This document shows, one piece after another, positions 39,133-48,641 of a DNA stretch of 64,000 bases. The notes under the pieces were generated by a model. It was not told the origin of the DNA, ran no database searches, and saw nothing but the letters and a program-made list of their open reading frames with translations. The stretch is from Flavobacteriaceae bacterium (lineage in GTDB: Bacteria > Bacteroidota > Bacteroidia > Flavobacteriales > Flavobacteriaceae), in contig JANTGS010000004.1 of the NCBI GenBank assembly GCA_024762795.1, forward strand, positions 4,114-68,113, written 5' to 3'. A program made the position numbers and the translations under genes. Within the stretch, counting starts at the first letter, position 1. Each line of letters opens with the position of its first letter.

Positions 39133-39198
39133 TTTTTTTGTACCTTTTTTTATATTTTTAGTTGATAATTTCTACATTCTTTTTTACGATATTTGTAT

Positions 39199-40005
39199 AT
39201 GAACAAAGTAGTATTGATAACAGGAGCCTCATCAGGAATTGGAATGGTAACTGCCGATTATCTAAGTACTCTGGGATATAAAGTATACGGAACCAGCCGT
39301 AATCCTAAGAAATTCACAACTCACAATTTTAAGATGATTCCTTTGGATGTAACTGATACTAATAGTATTGAGAAGGCTGTACAAACCATAATTGATGAGG
39401 AAGGACGAATAGATGTTCTGATAAATAATGCAGGAACAGGAATTACCGGTGCTATTGAAGAAACGCCTACCGATGAGATCAGAAAGACCATTGAAACCAA
39501 TTACTTTGGTGTAATTGAGATGATGAAAGCTGTGATTCCTCAAATGCGGAAACAAAGGTCAGGCCTTATTATCAATGTGACTTCCATAGCAGGTTATATG
39601 GGCTTACCCTTTCGGGGAATATATAGTGCTATCAAAGGGGCTATAGAGATCACCACTGAAGCCATCCGCATGGAGGTAAAAGAATTCGGGATTGTGGTGA
39701 CCAATGTGGCTCCGGGTGATTTTGCTACAAATATCGCTGCCAACCGTTACCATACCCCTGTTTTAAAAAATTCTCCATATCAGGAAATCTATAAAAAGAA
39801 TCTTGAATTGATGGACCGGCATGTTGATGAAGGCAGTGATCCCATAGAAATGGCAAAGATCATCCACCGGATCATTCAGGCAAAACATCCAAAGATCCAT
39901 TATAAGGTAGGAAGTTTTCTTCAAAAATTTTCTATCGTTTTAAAAAGAATCCTACCCGATAAATACTACGAAAAACTGATCATGAACCATTATGGGATGA
40001 AGTAG
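39199..40005 (+). CDS. Short-chain dehydrogenase/reductase (SDR)
   Basis: TGASSGIG cofactor motif, NNAG, and YSAIK catalytic YxxxK. ATG at 39199. Confidence 0.85.
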   Translation: MNKVVLITGASSGIGMVTADYLSTLGYKVYGTSRNPKKFTTHNFKMIPLDVTDTNSIEKAVQTIIDEEGRIDVLINNAGTGITGAIEETPTDEIRKTIETNYFGVIEMMKAVIPQMRKQRSGLIINVTSIAGYMGLPFRGIYSAIKGAIEITTEAIRMEVKEFGIVVTNVAPGDFATNIAANRYHTPVLKNSPYQEIYKKNLELMDRHVDEGSDPIEMAKIIHRIIQAKHPKIHYKVGSFLQKFSIVLKRILPDKYYEKLIMNHYGMK

Positions 40006-40014
40006 TTGAACAGT

Positions 40015-40160
40015 GTGTAGTCGAAAGTCAAAAGTCGAAAGTCCGAAAATGTACGTCACTGATATAGGTTGACCAAAATATCAATTAATTTTGTGAGCTT
40101 TGTGCCTAAGAAATCTGGTGATGCGGGAAAAACGAGTAGATCGGAAGTCGAAAAAGGACT
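40015..40160. repeat. Collapsed or degenerate member of the interspersed repeat family
   Basis: AGTCGAAAGTCAAAAGTCGAAAGTCCGAAAAT (40019-40050) and AAATCTGGTGATGCGGGAAAAACGAGTAGATCGGAAGTCGAAAAAGG (40111-40157) echo the AAATCTGCGGGAG..GAGTATGT..AGTCGAAAAT blocks. Confidence 0.5.
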
Positions 40161-40162
40161 CA

Positions 40163-40855
40163 TTACTCATAAAAAACTGCGATATCTTTTAATTCTTTCC
40201 TATGAATATCCGGAACATAGGCCGGCTCTTTGGCATAACCAACGGGTAGTAATAAAAATGGGCGCTCATTATCTGGCCGGTTAAGGATCTCACTTAAAAA
40301 TCGCATCGGACTTGGGGTATGGGTTAATGTTACAAGACCGGCATGATGAATGGCTGTAATCAGTAAGCCACTTGCAAGTCCAACAGATTCATTGACATAA
40401 TAATTCTGGAGTTTTTTACCTTCCTGATCATAATCAAAAGCTTTTTTAAAAACCACGATCAGCCAGGGAGCTTCCTCCAGAAACGGTTTTTGAACATGGG
40501 TACCAAAATGCTTTAGGTCTTTTAACCATTCTTCATTCATACGGCTCTCATAACTTTCTTTCTCTTCTTTTTCTGCCGCTATTCTTATCTTTGCCTTAAC
40601 CTCCGGATCGGAAACCGCACAAAATACCCAGGGCTGTTTGTTTGCCCCGGAAGGAGCTGTGGAAGCTGTTTTGATAACATGTTCAATAAGCTCTTTGGGG
40701 ATCGGCTGACTGCTGAACTCTCTTACAGATCTTCTAAGGTTCATTTGATTAAAAAAAGATTCACTTCTTAAGATCATTTCCTTTTCAGGATATGTTTTAG
40801 GCTTCAGCAGGATATGTTTTGCCCCGTTTATTATTTTGGTTTCTTTTTGATTCAT
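40163..40855 (-). CDS. Nitroreductase-superfamily flavoprotein of the iodotyrosine deiodinase (IYD) subclass
   Basis: RRSVREFS, APSGANKQPW and EKEEKESYESRMNEEWLKDLKHFGTHVQKPFLEEAPWLIVVF align without gaps to the IYD lid region. Start at ATG 40855. Confidence 0.65.
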   Translation of the reverse strand: MNQKETKIINGAKHILLKPKTYPEKEMILRSESFFNQMNLRRSVREFSSQPIPKELIEHVIKTASTAPSGANKQPWVFCAVSDPEVKAKIRIAAEKEEKESYESRMNEEWLKDLKHFGTHVQKPFLEEAPWLIVVFKKAFDYDQEGKKLQNYYVNESVGLASGLLITAIHHAGLVTLTHTPSPMRFLSEILNRPDNERPFLLLPVGYAKEPAYVPDIHRKELKDIAVFYE

Positions 40856-40993
40856 TAATACTATTAATTTTATAAATCTTAATTCTCTGTAAATCTCCAT
40901 GTTACAAATTACAATCTCCAATCTAATCCTCAATCATTTATTTCACGCAAAGATCGCAAAGAAATTTAACTGAAAGTTGTTTGATGTAATTTT

Positions 40994-41164
40994 TAATTTT
41001 AAATCACTATTGTCCGATAAACTTTGATATGTAAATCACTGACAAGCAATTCATCCGATTAAAAAAGTAAGCTAAAGTTTCTTAAAAGTCCCATTACCCT
41101 TTAATTGCATAGGCTTTGAGACGTGCTTAATGGTTTTATCGGACAACAATAATTTTAAATCTTA
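40994..41164. repeat. Inverted-repeat-bounded ~170-bp element
   Basis: TTGTCCGATAAA (41010-41021) and TTTATCGGACAA (41136-41147) form a 12-bp inverted repeat. Each arm is flanked outside by AATTTTAAATC (about 40995-41005 and 41151-41161). Confidence 0.5.
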
Positions 41165-41217
41165 AATTTTAAATCATTTTCAAATCAACAACTAAAACCT
41201 ACTACATCAGCCCTGCA

Positions 41218-41823
41218 CTACTTATGATTCCACTGATTCGGGTCTTCACTATCATTAGGAGATAAACCCAAAATATCACCTTTCAGATCTACACCAAGCC
41301 CAACTACCGTCCTGTTTACATAATTAAAATAACTCACCACCTGATTGATCTCCAGAATCTCTCCATCGGAAAAATCCTTGCCTCTTAGTTTTTCCACATC
41401 TTTTTTCTTAATCTTTCCAGGTTTTTTTGTCAGTTTTTTAGCATACCGAAAACCCTGATACATTTTTGGATCGAAAAAATGTATAAGATCATCCTCTTGT
41501 ACCGCTTTTAAAAATAATTCTGCCTGGGCATCATCTTTCAGTTCTCTTTTAAATCCGGTAAAATGATGTTCAACGCAATAATCGCAAAAATTAAGTTTAC
41601 TTACATACACCCCTAAAGCTTCAAGATACCATTTGGGTAAAAGATTTGCTGAATTATGCAGCACATTTTTATAAAGGGTCATGTGTCCGGTTAGAGAATG
41701 CGGGCGCAGACTGTGTATCAGCAATACATTATCAATATTATTATCGGGACCTTTAACCCTGTCGTAAATTCTCTTTAGTGAAGATCTTGCTTCGTTGTAC
41801 TCAATAATTTTTATCCAGGCCAT
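41218..41823 (-). CDS. AhpD-like / carboxymuconolactone decarboxylase family, peroxidase-related protein
   Basis: CDYCVEHH CxxC motif in a helical ~200-aa protein. Start at ATG 41823 (MAWIKIIEY). Confidence 0.6.
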   Translation of the reverse strand: MAWIKIIEYNEARSSLKRIYDRVKGPDNNIDNVLLIHSLRPHSLTGHMTLYKNVLHNSANLLPKWYLEALGVYVSKLNFCDYCVEHHFTGFKRELKDDAQAELFLKAVQEDDLIHFFDPKMYQGFRYAKKLTKKPGKIKKKDVEKLRGKDFSDGEILEINQVVSYFNYVNRTVVGLGVDLKGDILGLSPNDSEDPNQWNHK

Positions 41824-41944
41824 TTTCAATTGTTTAAGCACTAAATATAATCATCTTAAATGATATATTTTAATTTATTTTATTGTTTTGAAGCTTCCTG
41901 AGATTTAATCTTTAAATTCTTCAATCTTTTTTAATTAAAGAACT

Positions 41945-41952
41945 TATCTTTG
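41945..41952 (+). promoter_or_regulatory. Putative -7 promoter box
   Basis: TATCTTTG matches TAnnTTTG, 21 nt upstream of ATG 41974. Confidence 0.4.
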
Positions 41953-41973
41953 CGGAAATTTAAAAATAAACAG

Positions 41974-42630
41974 ATGAAATTTTTTATTGATACCGCAAAT
42001 TTAGATCAGATCAGAGAAGCGGAAGCACTTGGTATTTTAGATGGTGTAACCACAAATCCTTCACTGATGGCCAAAGAAGGGATTACAGGCTATGATAATA
42101 TTATGAACCATTATAAGACCATTTGCGAGATCGTAGAAGGTGATATCAGTGCCGAGGTTATCGCTACAGATTTTGAAGGAATGGTTCGTGAAGGAGAGGC
42201 TCTTGCTGCTTTACATCCTCAGATCGTGATTAAATTACCCATGATTGCCGAAGGAATTAAGGCCTGTAAATATTTCTCCGAAAAAGGAATCAAAACCAAC
42301 GTAACACTGGTTTTTTCTGCCGGACAAGCTTTACTGGCTGCCAAAGCCGGAGCAACTTATGTATCTCCATTTCTGGGCAGGCTGGATGATGTTTCTACTG
42401 ATGGACTGGGCCTGATAGAAGAGATCAGACTGATTTATGATAATTATGGTTATGAAACCGAGATCCTCGCAGCCTCAATCCGCCATACCATGCATATCAT
42501 CGATTGTGCCAAGATCGGTGCCGATGTGATCACTTCTCCTCTATCTTCAATTATGGGACTTTTAAACCACCCGCTAACTGATATAGGACTTGCAAAATTC
42601 CTGGCTGATTACAAAAAAGGAAATCAATAA
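41974..42630 (+). CDS. fsa: Fructose-6-phosphate aldolase / short transaldolase (class 3B)
   Basis: [17 protein letters not shown]-terminus, VTTNPSL, and the VIKLP Schiff-base lysine region; 218 aa. Confidence 0.85.
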   Translation: MKFFIDTANLDQIREAEALGILDGVTTNPSLMAKEGITGYDNIMNHYKTICEIVEGDISAEVIATDFEGMVREGEALAALHPQIVIKLPMIAEGIKACKYFSEKGIKTNVTLVFSAGQALLAAKAGATYVSPFLGRLDDVSTDGLGLIEEIRLIYDNYGYETEILAASIRHTMHIIDCAKIGADVITSPLSSIMGLLNHPLTDIGLAKFLADYKKGNQ

Positions 42631-42658
42631 ATTCAGGAAAATTTTTTGTTATAAATAT

Positions 42659-42704
42659 TTCATCCCCTGACAGTTCTCATTAGAGATGTTTATCAGGGGA
42701 TGAA
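42659..42704. terminator. Hairpin between convergent genes (possible bidirectional terminator)
   Basis: 12-bp perfect stem TTCATCCCCTGA (42659-42670) / TCAGGGGATGAA (42693-42704) with a 22-nt loop. No clear U-tract on either strand. Confidence 0.4.
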
Positions 42705-42738
42705 TCACATTAAGGAATCACTCCTTTTTCATTTATTT

Positions 42739-44412
42739 TCAGGCTTCTTCGTAAGCCTCTTCGTGAACATTGGCAACTGCCCTCCCACTTGGATCGTTCC
42801 TGTTTTTAAAACTTTCATCCCACTCCAAAGCCGTTTTGGTACTGCAGGCTACAGAAGCTTCCTGAGGCACGCAAAGTGCAGCAGTATCTGAAGGGAAATG
42901 CTCTGAAAAAATAGATCGGTAATAAAACTCTTCCTTTGAAGTGGGAGTTTGAATAGGAAATCTGTATTTCGCATTGGCCAGTTGTTCATCTGAAACCTCT
43001 TTTTCAACGATCTCTTTTAAGGTATCGATCCAGCTGTAACCTACTCCATCAGAAAACTGCTCTTTTTGTCTCCAAACCACACTCTCCGGCAAATAATCTT
43101 CAAAAGCTTTTCGCACAACCCATTTTTCCATCCTTTCTCCATTGATCATTTTATCCTGAGGATTGATCCTCATGGCCACATCCATAAACTCTTTGTCTAA
43201 AAAAGGAACACGCCCTTCAATTCCCCAAGCAGCCAGTGATTTATTAGCACGCAAACAATCATACATATGTAATTTTTCCAGTTTTCGCACGGTTTCTTTA
43301 TGGAATTCCTCTGCACTCGGCGCCTTATGAAAATACAAATAACCTCCAAAAAGTTCATCGGCACCTTCACCGGAAAGCACCATTTTAATGCCCATAGCTT
43401 TGATCGCTCTTGCCATCAGATACATTGGCGTTGAGGCCCTGATGGTAGTTATATCATAGGTTTCCAGATTGTAGATCACATCTCTGATGGCATCCAGCCC
43501 TTCCTGAATGGTAAATTTTATTTCGTGATGTACCGTCCCGATATGATCGGCCACTTTTTGTGCTGCGGCAAGATCCGGCGAACCTTCCAGGCCTACTGAG
43601 AATGAGTGCAATTGTGGCCACCAGGCTTCCTGCAAATCTCCGGATTCTATTCTTTTTTCAGCATATTTTTTTGCTATGGCAGAAGTTACTGAGGAATCGA
43701 GTCCACCCGACAACAAAACGCCGTAAGGCACATCACTCATCAACTGACGGTGTACCGCAGCTTCAAGTGCATCGCGCACTTCATCAATACTCGTTTGATT
43801 CTCTTTTACTGCTTTATAATCGGTCCATTCGCGTTTATACCATTTCTTAAGCTTTCCGGAGGAACTTGTATAATAATGTCCCGGAGGAAAAAGTTCGATC
43901 TTGGTACAGGTCCCTTCCAAAGCTTTAAGCTCAGAAGCCACATAAAAAGTACCATTTTCATCCCAGCCCATATAAAGTGGTATTACACCAATATGATCAC
44001 GGGCAACAAAATATTCATCCTTATCAGCATCATAAAGTGCAAATCCGAATATCCCGTTCATTTCATCTAAAAAATCAGCTCCTTTTTCCTTATAAAGCGG
44101 GATGATCACTTCACAATCCGACTGGGTCTGGAAATTGTATTTTCCCTCAAACTGTTCCCGTAATTCCAAATGGTTATAGATCTCTCCATTGGCAGCCAAA
44201 ATTATCTTTTTATCTTCACTGTATAAAGGCTGTTTTCCTGAGGTAGGATCTACAATCGCAAGTCGTTCATGAGCCAGAATGGCTTTTTCATCATTATAGA
44301 TTCCACTCCAGTCGGGTCCGCGATGACGAATCTTTTTAGACATTTCCAGTATTTTTGGTCGTAAAACCTCTGTTTTTTGTTTTAAATCGAAAGCACAAAC
44401 AATTCCACACAT
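42739..44412 (-). CDS. asnB: Asparagine synthase B (glutamine-hydrolysing)
   Basis: N-terminal MCGI nucleophile and SGGLDSS PP-loop; 557 aa. Confidence 0.92.
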   Translation of the reverse strand: MCGIVCAFDLKQKTEVLRPKILEMSKKIRHRGPDWSGIYNDEKAILAHERLAIVDPTSGKQPLYSEDKKIILAANGEIYNHLELREQFEGKYNFQTQSDCEVIIPLYKEKGADFLDEMNGIFGFALYDADKDEYFVARDHIGVIPLYMGWDENGTFYVASELKALEGTCTKIELFPPGHYYTSSSGKLKKWYKREWTDYKAVKENQTSIDEVRDALEAAVHRQLMSDVPYGVLLSGGLDSSVTSAIAKKYAEKRIESGDLQEAWWPQLHSFSVGLEGSPDLAAAQKVADHIGTVHHEIKFTIQEGLDAIRDVIYNLETYDITTIRASTPMYLMARAIKAMGIKMVLSGEGADELFGGYLYFHKAPSAEEFHKETVRKLEKLHMYDCLRANKSLAAWGIEGRVPFLDKEFMDVAMRINPQDKMINGERMEKWVVRKAFEDYLPESVVWRQKEQFSDGVGYSWIDTLKEIVEKEVSDEQLANAKYRFPIQTPTSKEEFYYRSIFSEHFPSDTAALCVPQEASVACSTKTALEWDESFKNRNDPSGRAVANVHEEAYEEA

Positions 44413-44671
44413 ATCTTTTCTTGTTTTTTTATTATCAAATACGGGGCAAATATGATATTATGATTCTAATTTATAAACATAAATCTTAATAATACTTTCT
44501 TTTTATCACTTTAAACTGTATAATACTACTATTTTGTAAGCATACTTACAATTTAAATAAAGCTGAGATTTAAAAATGAAAATATTACAATTCACTTTAC
44601 TTAAAACCAAAGGATTTGAAGATCTGAATTTTGATAAATAAGAAAGAAATCGGACATTCTAGACAATCAGC

Positions 44672-45754
44672 TTATTTAATTATCTTTTTGATCTCCTTAT
44701 AGATCGATTGTCCTACTTTATTTCCGTAAAGACTGATATTAAAATCGGTAATACTGTTACTGTACGTATCAAAAGCGCTGAGCATTTTTTCTTTATTACT
44801 TCCGGTAATTGTTGCAAAACCATGATCCACCAATTCTACCCATTCAGTTTCATCTCTTACAATTATACAGTGTTTTTGGTTGAAAAAAGCTTCTTTTTGC
44901 AGCCCTCCGCTATCGGTAACCACCATCTTACAATTTTTAAGCAACTCCAGCATATCAAAATAACCTACCGGATCGATCATGGTAAAATCATATTCTAACC
45001 TATTGTTTTCCAGTATTTTTCTTGTTCTTGGATGCAGAGGTAATACCACCTGTATTTCTTTGGAGATCTCTTCAAGACCTTCAAAAATAGATCTTAATTT
45101 TTCAAGATTATCGGTATTTTCCTGACGATGGATGGTTGCCAGCACAAAAGCATGCTTTTTAAGACCGAGTCTTTGTATAACATTTGATCTTTTTGCAGAG
45201 ATCTTTCCATAAAATTCAACAGCGTCTTTCATGATATCCCCGGTTTTAACCACTTTGGTATCGATGTTCTTATACCCTTCCTTTTTCAGATTTTGCAGGG
45301 CTGAATCCGTTGGACAGATCAAAAGATCAGAAATTCTGTCGGTAAGGATCCTGTTGATCTCTTCCGGCATTTTCATATTATAAGAACGCAATCCCGCTTC
45401 AACGTGAATAACTTTGATATCCAGTTTTTTTGCGGCCAGAGCACCGGCAATAGTAGAATTGGTATCTCCATAGATTATTACAGCATCGGGTTTTTCATCC
45501 AACAGTACCTTTTCTATCTTTTCCAGCATTTGTCCGGTCATGGCACCATGCCCCAGGCCATTGATATTCAGATTGTATTTAGGTTCAGGGATCTCCATTT
45601 CGGTAAAAAAGGTCTCACTCATATTTACATCATAATGCTGACCCGTATGCACAATAACCTCTTCAATTTCTTTCTTTCCTGATATAATTCTGCTAAGAAC
45701 AGCCGCTTTAACAAACTGAGGTCTTGCCCCTAAAATGGTTACAATTTTTTTCAT
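44672..45754 (-). CDS. wecB: UDP-N-acetylglucosamine 2-epimerase (non-hydrolysing)
   Basis: ILGARPQFVKAA N-terminus, HVEAGLRS and DSGGLQKEA motifs. Confidence 0.88.
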   Translation of the reverse strand: MKKIVTILGARPQFVKAAVLSRIISGKKEIEEVIVHTGQHYDVNMSETFFTEMEIPEPKYNLNINGLGHGAMTGQMLEKIEKVLLDEKPDAVIIYGDTNSTIAGALAAKKLDIKVIHVEAGLRSYNMKMPEEINRILTDRISDLLICPTDSALQNLKKEGYKNIDTKVVKTGDIMKDAVEFYGKISAKRSNVIQRLGLKKHAFVLATIHRQENTDNLEKLRSIFEGLEEISKEIQVVLPLHPRTRKILENNRLEYDFTMIDPVGYFDMLELLKNCKMVVTDSGGLQKEAFFNQKHCIIVRDETEWVELVDHGFATITGSNKEKMLSAFDTYSNSITDFNISLYGNKVGQSIYKEIKKIIK

Positions 45755-47025
45755 TTCGTTCTTTTTATTATTTCTGACAATTTTTCAGTCAGGTTTCTTC
45801 TGTGATATTGCTCTATATTGACTGATTTGATATACAGGTCATTATTTTTATAAAGCAAATAATATTCTTTTAATGTTCTTTTAAGTTTTTCCCGATCTTT
45901 AAAGTCAATCACTTGACCCGAACGTGTTTTCTCAATAATCATGGCCAGATCTCCGTCTTCAGGTGCCAATGCCAGTATGGGTCGACCGGCCTGTAAATAT
46001 TCAAATATTTTTCCGGTAATGATTCCTTTTGCGGAAGGAACCTGATTTACACAGAGCAAAAGGACCTGTGAAGACCTTTGGTAAGCTATCACTTTTTGAT
46101 GTTTAACATAATCTATTAAATGGACATACTTTGAAAGATCGTTTTTTATGATACTGCTTCTAACTTCTTCAGCCACTTTACCAATTAAATTTACCTGAAG
46201 ATCTTCTTTAAAACCCTCCACCTCTGCATTCATTTCATTCAGGACTTCCCACAAAATCTCAGGGTCTCTGTCGGCATTCATCATACCCACATGTGTCAGG
46301 CTAAACTTCTGATCCAATTCGACGTTGATCGTTTCTTCAGAAGTATCAAAACCATTGGAGATCACATAAGTATCTTTATTAAACTTTTTATAATTCTCCT
46401 GCATGGTCTTTCCAACCACAAGAACGGCATCAGCTCTTCTTAGAACTTCTTCTTCCAGTTCTTTATGTTTCTTCTTTGATCTTTCTGTTAAGGGCAACTG
46501 ATGGAAATAATCTATAGCTGTCCAGGGATCCCTGAAATCAGCGATCCATTTAAACTTTAAAGCTTCTTTTAACCGAAGTCCGATCAGATGCGTACTGTGT
46601 GGCGGTCCTGTTGTGATGATCAGATCGACAGGATGCTCATTCAGATAGTTGGCAATCGTTTCCACCGAAGGTTTTATCCAGAATTTTCTTGCATCCGGTA
46701 TAAAAAAATTAGCCCGGATATAATGAAGTTGTCTTTCAAAAAAAGACGGCTTGGGATTTAAAAATCCGGCGCTGGTATGTTGTTGCTTACTCTTAAATTT
46801 CGAAAGTAATTGATTGGGTTCCCATATGCTTTGCCTCAAAATTTCAATCCCTACGGGAATTTCATCTATCAAACTCTCATCTGTAACAGCATAATCGGGA
46901 TCTTTTACCGTGAATACCACCGGCTCAATACCAAAATCACGTAAGTATTTTACAAATTTCAGCCATCGCTGTACACCACTTCCCCCTGACGGAGGCCAAT
47001 AATATGTTATAATTAACGCTTTCAA
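45751..47025 (-). CDS. GT4-like glycosyltransferase
   Basis: N-terminal ITYYWPPSGGSGVQRW and C-terminal GKIFEYLQAGRPILA (EX7E-type region). Apparent TTG start. 4-nt overlaps on both sides. Confidence 0.7.
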   Translation of the reverse strand: MKALIITYYWPPSGGSGVQRWLKFVKYLRDFGIEPVVFTVKDPDYAVTDESLIDEIPVGIEILRQSIWEPNQLLSKFKSKQQHTSAGFLNPKPSFFERQLHYIRANFFIPDARKFWIKPSVETIANYLNEHPVDLIITTGPPHSTHLIGLRLKEALKFKWIADFRDPWTAIDYFHQLPLTERSKKKHKELEEEVLRRADAVLVVGKTMQENYKKFNKDTYVISNGFDTSEETINVELDQKFSLTHVGMMNADRDPEILWEVLNEMNAEVEGFKEDLQVNLIGKVAEEVRSSIIKNDLSKYVHLIDYVKHQKVIAYQRSSQVLLLCVNQVPSAKGIITGKIFEYLQAGRPILALAPEDGDLAMIIEKTRSGQVIDFKDREKLKRTLKEYYLLYKNNDLYIKSVNIEQYHRRNLTEKLSEIIKRTK

Positions 47026-47426
47026 TTAATTTCAGGTGATCTTTTAATATTGAGTTGATCCATCAGTTTTTCAAATTGGCTGATATCAGTTTTTCTTAAG
47101 TACAGATTTCTGATCTTTCCGTTTTTTAACTTTAAAGAAAACCGCTTTCTGCCCAAAACACTTTTTTCAATAAAGTAATCAATTCCGTCAAGCGGAACTA
47201 TTTCCAGAGTAGATTTCGAAAAGCTAAAAAATAAAATGATCAGTGAAACTACCCCGAGTGTAATTATAAACCAACCTGTTTTAACCCCAGCAAGACTGTT
47301 GTTATAAAAAGTTAAAACCGCATTAATAATATTGATGATCATCAACAGATTTATCAGCATCAGATGCATCTTTAAATTATCTTTAATCACCAGAGAATTA
47401 CTCTCATCATCATATTTTATTTTCAT
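47022..47426 (-). CDS. Small membrane protein, unknown function
   Basis: 134 aa with two TM segments. Embedded in the glycosyltransferase operon with a 4-nt overlap. Confidence 0.45.
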   Translation of the reverse strand: MKIKYDDESNSLVIKDNLKMHLMLINLLMIINIINAVLTFYNNSLAGVKTGWFIITLGVVSLIILFFSFSKSTLEIVPLDGIDYFIEKSVLGRKRFSLKLKNGKIRNLYLRKTDISQFEKLMDQLNIKRSPEIN

Positions 47427-47443
47427 AAATCCTTAAATTAGCG

Positions 47444-48631
47444 TTACTCCAAAGCTTTGTACAATTCAACTAAATTTCCCGATACTTTTTCCCATACAAA
47501 TTCTTCCCCGATAAATTTTTTACCATTTTCCCCCAGTTCTTTTCTCAACTCAGGATCTTTATACAAAATCATTATTTTCTCAGCCAGATCTTTAGCATCC
47601 TTCTCCTTATGAACCAATCCGCTTTTGGTTTCTTCAACAAGTTTTTTCTGTGCTAGAGCATCACTTACCACCACCGGTTTTACAAAGCTCATATACTGAA
47701 AAACCTTATTGGCATAAGCAACATCATGCTGGGCGCTTCGGTTTAAAGGCGATATACAAATATCACTTGCAGTAATATAAGAAGGAAATAAAGAAACATC
47801 CTGCCAGCCTTCAAAAGCCACAAATTCCTCCAGTTCCAGCTCTTTTACTTTTGCTCTTAAAACATCATCCGTTGTGCTTTTTCCTACAATGATCAATTTT
47901 AGATGTTTTATCTTAATTTTCAGAATATTAACTGCTTCAATGGCGGTTAGAAGGCCTCTTCTGAGAGCAGTATCTCCCAGATAAAGAATTGTAAAATTCT
48001 CCCAGAATCTTTCGGTAATATCTTCATCGATCACGGCATTTTCATAAAATGATCTTCTCACGGTATTCGGAACGAGAACGATCTTCTCACGATCTATGCC
48101 TGTACGAACAACCACTTCCTCGATAAATTCATTGGAAACTGTAATCACTTTATCTGCCTTTCCTATAAATTTCTCTTCTTTTTCCTTCCATTTCTGAGGC
48201 GAGATCAGCTGTTTCCCCGGAAATTTCTGCAAATGCGGATAATCTTTCATCACTTCCGGAAAATTATCATGCAGATCGAGTACTACCGGAAGTTGTAATT
48301 TCTTATTGGCCCCGAATACTGCCTCAGCGATACGAATATCGTGAATATGGATTGCATCAATTTTATTTTTACTTAAAAAATCAAGGATCTTTTTATACAT
48401 TTTAAGGGTATAAAAAGGAAAAGTATAGGCCAAAGCCGAAAGTTTATATTCTAAAGTATCGGAAGAATATCTTCTAACCTGTATTTTTTCGATCACATCC
48501 TTTTCAGGCTCGTCGTGATATTTTAAACAGAACAAAAAAACTTCAAAGCCCGCATCGATCAAAGCAAGTGCCTCATTCTCTACCCTGGGATCAGGAGGAA
48601 AGGTTTTGTCTAAGATCATTCCAATTCGCAT
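47444..48631 (-). CDS. GT4 glycosyltransferase
   Basis: Start at ATG 48631 (MRIGMILDKTFPPDPRVENEA). C-terminal GT-B region with EGWQD..FQYMSFVKPVVVS. Confidence 0.75.
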   Translation of the reverse strand: MRIGMILDKTFPPDPRVENEALALIDAGFEVFLFCLKYHDEPEKDVIEKIQVRRYSSDTLEYKLSALAYTFPFYTLKMYKKILDFLSKNKIDAIHIHDIRIAEAVFGANKKLQLPVVLDLHDNFPEVMKDYPHLQKFPGKQLISPQKWKEKEEKFIGKADKVITVSNEFIEEVVVRTGIDREKIVLVPNTVRRSFYENAVIDEDITERFWENFTILYLGDTALRRGLLTAIEAVNILKIKIKHLKLIIVGKSTTDDVLRAKVKELELEEFVAFEGWQDVSLFPSYITASDICISPLNRSAQHDVAYANKVFQYMSFVKPVVVSDALAQKKLVEETKSGLVHKEKDAKDLAEKIMILYKDPELRKELGENGKKFIGEEFVWEKVSGNLVELYKALE

Positions 48632-48641
48632 AAACGGACAC

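Noticed and set aside
40069-40284. 71-aa plus-strand ORF.
   Set aside because: It starts inside the degenerate repeat and runs antisense into the 3' end of the IYD-like gene. No motif supports it.
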